NCBI GenBank assembly: GCA_965197645.1
Contig: OZ240219.1
Location: 2,208,001 to 2,272,000 of the forward strand
Direction of reading: 5' to 3'
Origin: Dehalococcoidia bacterium
GTDB taxonomy: Bacteria > Chloroflexota > Dehalococcoidia > Plut-88900
DNA length: 64,000 nucleotides
In this document: piece after piece, positions 61,026 to 64,000 of the stretch
How the letters are laid out: each line of letters begins with the position of its first letter
Position numbering within the stretch: the stretch's first letter is position 1
The notes under the pieces: generated by a model
Databases searched by the model: none
What the model was told of the DNA's origin: nothing
The model's input: only the letters and a program-made list of their open reading frames with translations
Program-made: the position numbers and the translations under genes

Positions 61026-62027
61026 CTAGCGGTCCAGGCCGATGGCAGCGCCCGCGCCCCGCATGCGGGGGTCCAGAATATCGCGAAGTCCGTCACCCAG
61101 CACGTTGATGGCAAATACCACCATCGAGATGATCACCCCGGGCACTATCGCCATCCAGGGCGCCCTGAAGAGGTAGTCCCGACCCTGGAAGCTGAGCATG
61201 TTGCCCCAGGAGGGGTTGGGCGGCGGCACTCCGTAGCCCAGGAAGCTCAGCACGGCCTCCGACAGAATGGCGAACCCCATCGTCAAGGTGGCCATCGTGA
61301 TAATCGGGGCCATGATGTTGGGCAGCATGTGCCGGAACATTATTCTCGTACCCGGCGCTCCCAGCGCCTTGGCGGCGTCGACGTACTGGTTCTCCTTGGC
61401 GCTCAGCGCCGCCGACCTGATGATACGAGATACCCAGGCGATGTCCAGGATGCCCAGTGTAAATATAACCTTCAGCACTCCCCACCAGCTGGTATCTATC
61501 CAATCGACGGGGGAACGCTGGGGCAAGGTGGTCACAATGACCAGCAGGGCGACAAGCCATGGAAATACCATGACGCCGTCTACGATGCGTTGGATCGAGG
61601 TATCTATCTTGCCGCCAAGGAAGGCTGAGCCTAATCCCACGATGGTGGCAAAGGTAATCCCCAGCAGGATCGTGCCCAACCCCACTATCAACGATATCCT
61701 GGCGCCATAGATTACGAGGCTCAGCACGTCCCGGCCCCGTTCGTCCAGTCCGAAGGGGTGGCCCCAACTGGGGCCTACGTACTGGATGGCCTGGTAGCCC
61801 GCATCCGTGTCTACGAGCTCCAGCCTCTCCATGTGCTGCTCTTTGTAGCTCTCCGGCGCCACGAAGTTGGCGAAGATGCCGGAGAAGAAGAAGACCGCCA
61901 GTATCACCAGACCGACCGTAGCGAGACGCTTCTCCTTTATCACCCGGCCCCAAACGCTTACCCAGATGGGGAGGTTTCTTCGTCTCTTATAGGGCCATTG
62001 TGGCTCGGCTACAGCGACATCGGCCAT
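61026..62027 (-). CDS. peptide/nickel ABC transporter permease (DppC/OppC-like)
   Basis: HPFGLDERGRD, GARISL, YVDAAKALGA (EAA loop), LSFLG.G..PP.PSWG. Confidence 0.92.
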   Translation of the reverse strand: MADVAVAEPQWPYKRRRNLPIWVSVWGRVIKEKRLATVGLVILAVFFFSGIFANFVAPESYKEQHMERLELVDTDAGYQAIQYVGPSWGHPFGLDERGRDVLSLVIYGARISLIVGLGTILLGITFATIVGLGSAFLGGKIDTSIQRIVDGVMVFPWLVALLVIVTTLPQRSPVDWIDTSWWGVLKVIFTLGILDIAWVSRIIRSAALSAKENQYVDAAKALGAPGTRIMFRHMLPNIMAPIITMATLTMGFAILSEAVLSFLGYGVPPPNPSWGNMLSFQGRDYLFRAPWMAIVPGVIISMVVFAINVLGDGLRDILDPRMRGAGAAIGLDR

Positions 62028-62062
62028 GCGCTTATCTCGCTTCCCTGAGCTCTCTCATACCG

Positions 62063-64000
62063 CTATTCGTACCTGATCCTCGGATCAAGCCAGCTGTATA
62101 CCAGGTCGACTAACAGGTTCAGAACTACCACTACCAGGCCCAGGAACATCGCCAGACCCTGTATCAGCGGCAGGTCCCTATCGCCTATGCCGTCGAACAT
62201 CAACCTTCCCAACCCGGGGACGTTGAACACCCTTTCTATGATTACCAGCTGGCCCAACTGATACGGAATCAGCAACCCTATCATGGTAACTACCGGGATC
62301 AGGGCGTTCTTCAAAGCGTGACGGAATATCACCATCCGGGCGCGGAGGCCCTTGGAGAAGGCTGTTCTCATGTAGTCCTGTCGCATGACCTCCAGCATCA
62401 TGGACCGGGTCAGACGCATGATTTCAGCCATGACCGGGAGGGAGGCGACCAGGGAGGGCAGCATGAAGAAGTACAGGTTCTTGCCCGGGTTTTCGAAGAA
62501 CTCTACATATTGTAGTGGAGGAACCCATCCTAGCCAGTAGCTGGGCACGAGGATAACCATGAGCGCCAACCAGAAGCTGGGGATGGCCAGGCCTCCTATG
62601 GCGAAGCTGCGTCCTACGAAATCGCCCCACGTGTCCTGACGCACGGCGGAGAACACGCCGATGGGTATGGCCAGCACCACTCCTGTGATCACGCTCATCA
62701 GCATCAGCTGCATGCTGGGGCCAAGCTTTAACCGGATGTCTTCCATTACGGGTTTACCGCCGAACAGGAACCTCTCTCCCAGGTTTCCGCCTAGTATTCC
62801 CCAATCCCAGAAGCTGTCTATCGCCGGGGCCCATGCCCTGACCTTCCCGCTGGAGCTGATGAACACCTGAAGGTCTCTGATCGGGTACTCGATGGGCGGG
62901 GTTTCTACAGCCTTGTCACCCTCGATCTTGGGGACGCTGACGCCTCTTCGATCCCACGTGGCGCCCCCGTTCCCGGTGATGAGGAATACCCCGTCGTCTC
63001 CGACGATTACACCGGCCTCCTCATTGCCGAAGTCCACCGCCGACAATTTGGAATCCAGGTCCGGTATGGGAACCACGGATGACCATGCCAGGCCGCCATT
63101 GTCGCTGCGAAGGACCGTCCCGCTGTCTCCTACCGCCCAAACTCTGGATGGGCTGGCGTAGGATACCGAGTTGAGGGTGCTCTCGGTCCCGCTCTCGGCT
63201 GCGAACCACGACGAGCCTCCGTCGGTGGTGGCCAGGATAGTTCCCGAGCTTCCGACCACCACACCCTCCGATTCATCTGCAAATTCGATCGAGGTGAAGT
63301 CGGCATTCGTGCCGGTGTCCTGTTGGGTCCACGTGACGCCGCCGTCTCCCGTAAAGAGCAGTGTGCCGTCGTCCCCTGTTATCCAACCTCTGCTCTCGCC
63401 GACGAACAGCACATCGGTGAGCTTCTTGTTGGCGCCGGTGTCCACAGGCTGCCACGTCTCCTCCAGTAGGCCTCCCCGGCCGGTATTCTTCTTACCGCCT
63501 TCGGTCGTATGGAGGACGGTGCCTTTGTTTCCTACGGCCCATCCGACGTTTTCATCCCCAAAATAGACCGAGTTTATACTCTGAGAGCCCAGGTGCTGAT
63601 TGGACCACTGGGTGCCACCATCTCTGGTCTGGAAGATCATGTTTTCCCGGATCCCCCAGCCCATGGTCGGCGTGAGGAAAGAAACCCCGGAGAACGGTTT
63701 GACGTCCTCGAGCACTGACCTCCGCCAGGTCTCTCCACCGTCGGTGGTGCGGTATATGGCGCCCTCGTCCTTGGGCCAGCCCACGATCCATCGTATGTAC
63801 TGCTCCCAGAACGGTTTGTCCAGGCCCAGCTTGCCTTTTACCAGCTCGATGCGGGACGGGTCTCTATTGAACTGGGTGCCAATTCCTCCCGTGGCCTGGG
63901 CGATGACGTCCCCGGGCAGCAGCCGCAGCATCAATGCCAAAAGCAGGGAGGCGACAATCAGCGTGGGGAAGATGAGGAGGACTCTTCTGATTGTGTACTG
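62063..64000 (-). CDS. peptide/nickel ABC transporter permease (DppB/OppB-like) with an inserted Asp-box/YCF48-like beta-propeller; start lies beyond the window
   Basis: Frame open to 64000 (QYTIRRVLLIFPTL...LPGD...LGLDKP.WEQY); C-terminal RSMMLEV..DY.RTA.SKG, HALKNA, DPRIR. Confidence 0.9.
   Translation of the reverse strand, partial: QYTIRRVLLIFPTLIVASLLLALMLRLLPGDVIAQATGGIGTQFNRDPSRIELVKGKLGLDKPFWEQYIRWIVGWPKDEGAIYRTTDGGETWRRSVLEDVKPFSGVSFLTPTMGWGIRENMIFQTRDGGTQWSNQHLGSQSINSVYFGDENVGWAVGNKGTVLHTTEGGKKNTGRGGLLEETWQPVDTGANKKLTDVLFVGESRGWITGDDGTLLFTGDGGVTWTQQDTGTNADFTSIEFADESEGVVVGSSGTILATTDGGSSWFAAESGTESTLNSVSYASPSRVWAVGDSGTVLRSDNGGLAWSSVVPIPDLDSKLSAVDFGNEEAGVIVGDDGVFLITGNGGATWDRRGVSVPKIEGDKAVETPPIEYPIRDLQVFISSSGKVRAWAPAIDSFWDWGILGGNLGERFLFGGKPVMEDIRLKLGPSMQLMLMSVITGVVLAIPIGVFSAVRQDTWGDFVGRSFAIGGLAIPSFWLALMVILVPSYWLGWVPPLQYVEFFENPGKNLYFFMLPSLVASLPVMAEIMRLTRSMMLEVMRQDYMRTAFSKGLRARMVIFRHALKNALIPVVTMIGLLIPYQLGQLVIIERVFNVPGLGRLMFDGIGDRDLPLIQGLAMFLGLVVVVLNLLVDLVYSWLDPRIRYE

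Overview
High-GC, gene-dense bacterial window. The gene repertoire (LLM/PPOX F420-type oxidoreductases, five amidases, three amidohydrolase-2 proteins, CaiB CoA transferase, enolase-superfamily dehydratase, class III aminotransferases) and a GAAC-N4-GTTC LexA box suggest Chloroflexota, probably Dehalococcoidia/SAR202-like; this is inference. It holds about 50 mostly catabolic genes, and I found no rRNA, tRNA or CRISPR array. Signals the ORF track misses or splits: (1) two probable selenoproteins read through in-frame UGA codons, each followed by a SECIS-like hairpin: a DsbA/FrnE protein with a U-P-W-C motif (3899-4519) and a UGSC protein fused to a large unknown domain (45241-43577); (2) a stand-alone urease-alpha paralog with intact Ni ligands but a remodelled substrate pocket and flap; (3) a DppB/OppB-type ABC permease with a ~325-aa Asp-box beta-propeller inserted in its first extracytoplasmic loop; (4) a triple-domain Rid protein; (5) two diverged copies of a ~190-bp MITE-like element; (6) an SOS-boxed repair radical SAM gene next to a small AT-richer islet (Mrr-like nuclease, orphan ORF, transposase relic); (7) a frameshifted LLM oxidoreductase gene. 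Family assignments come from motif recognition by eye, not from database searches.
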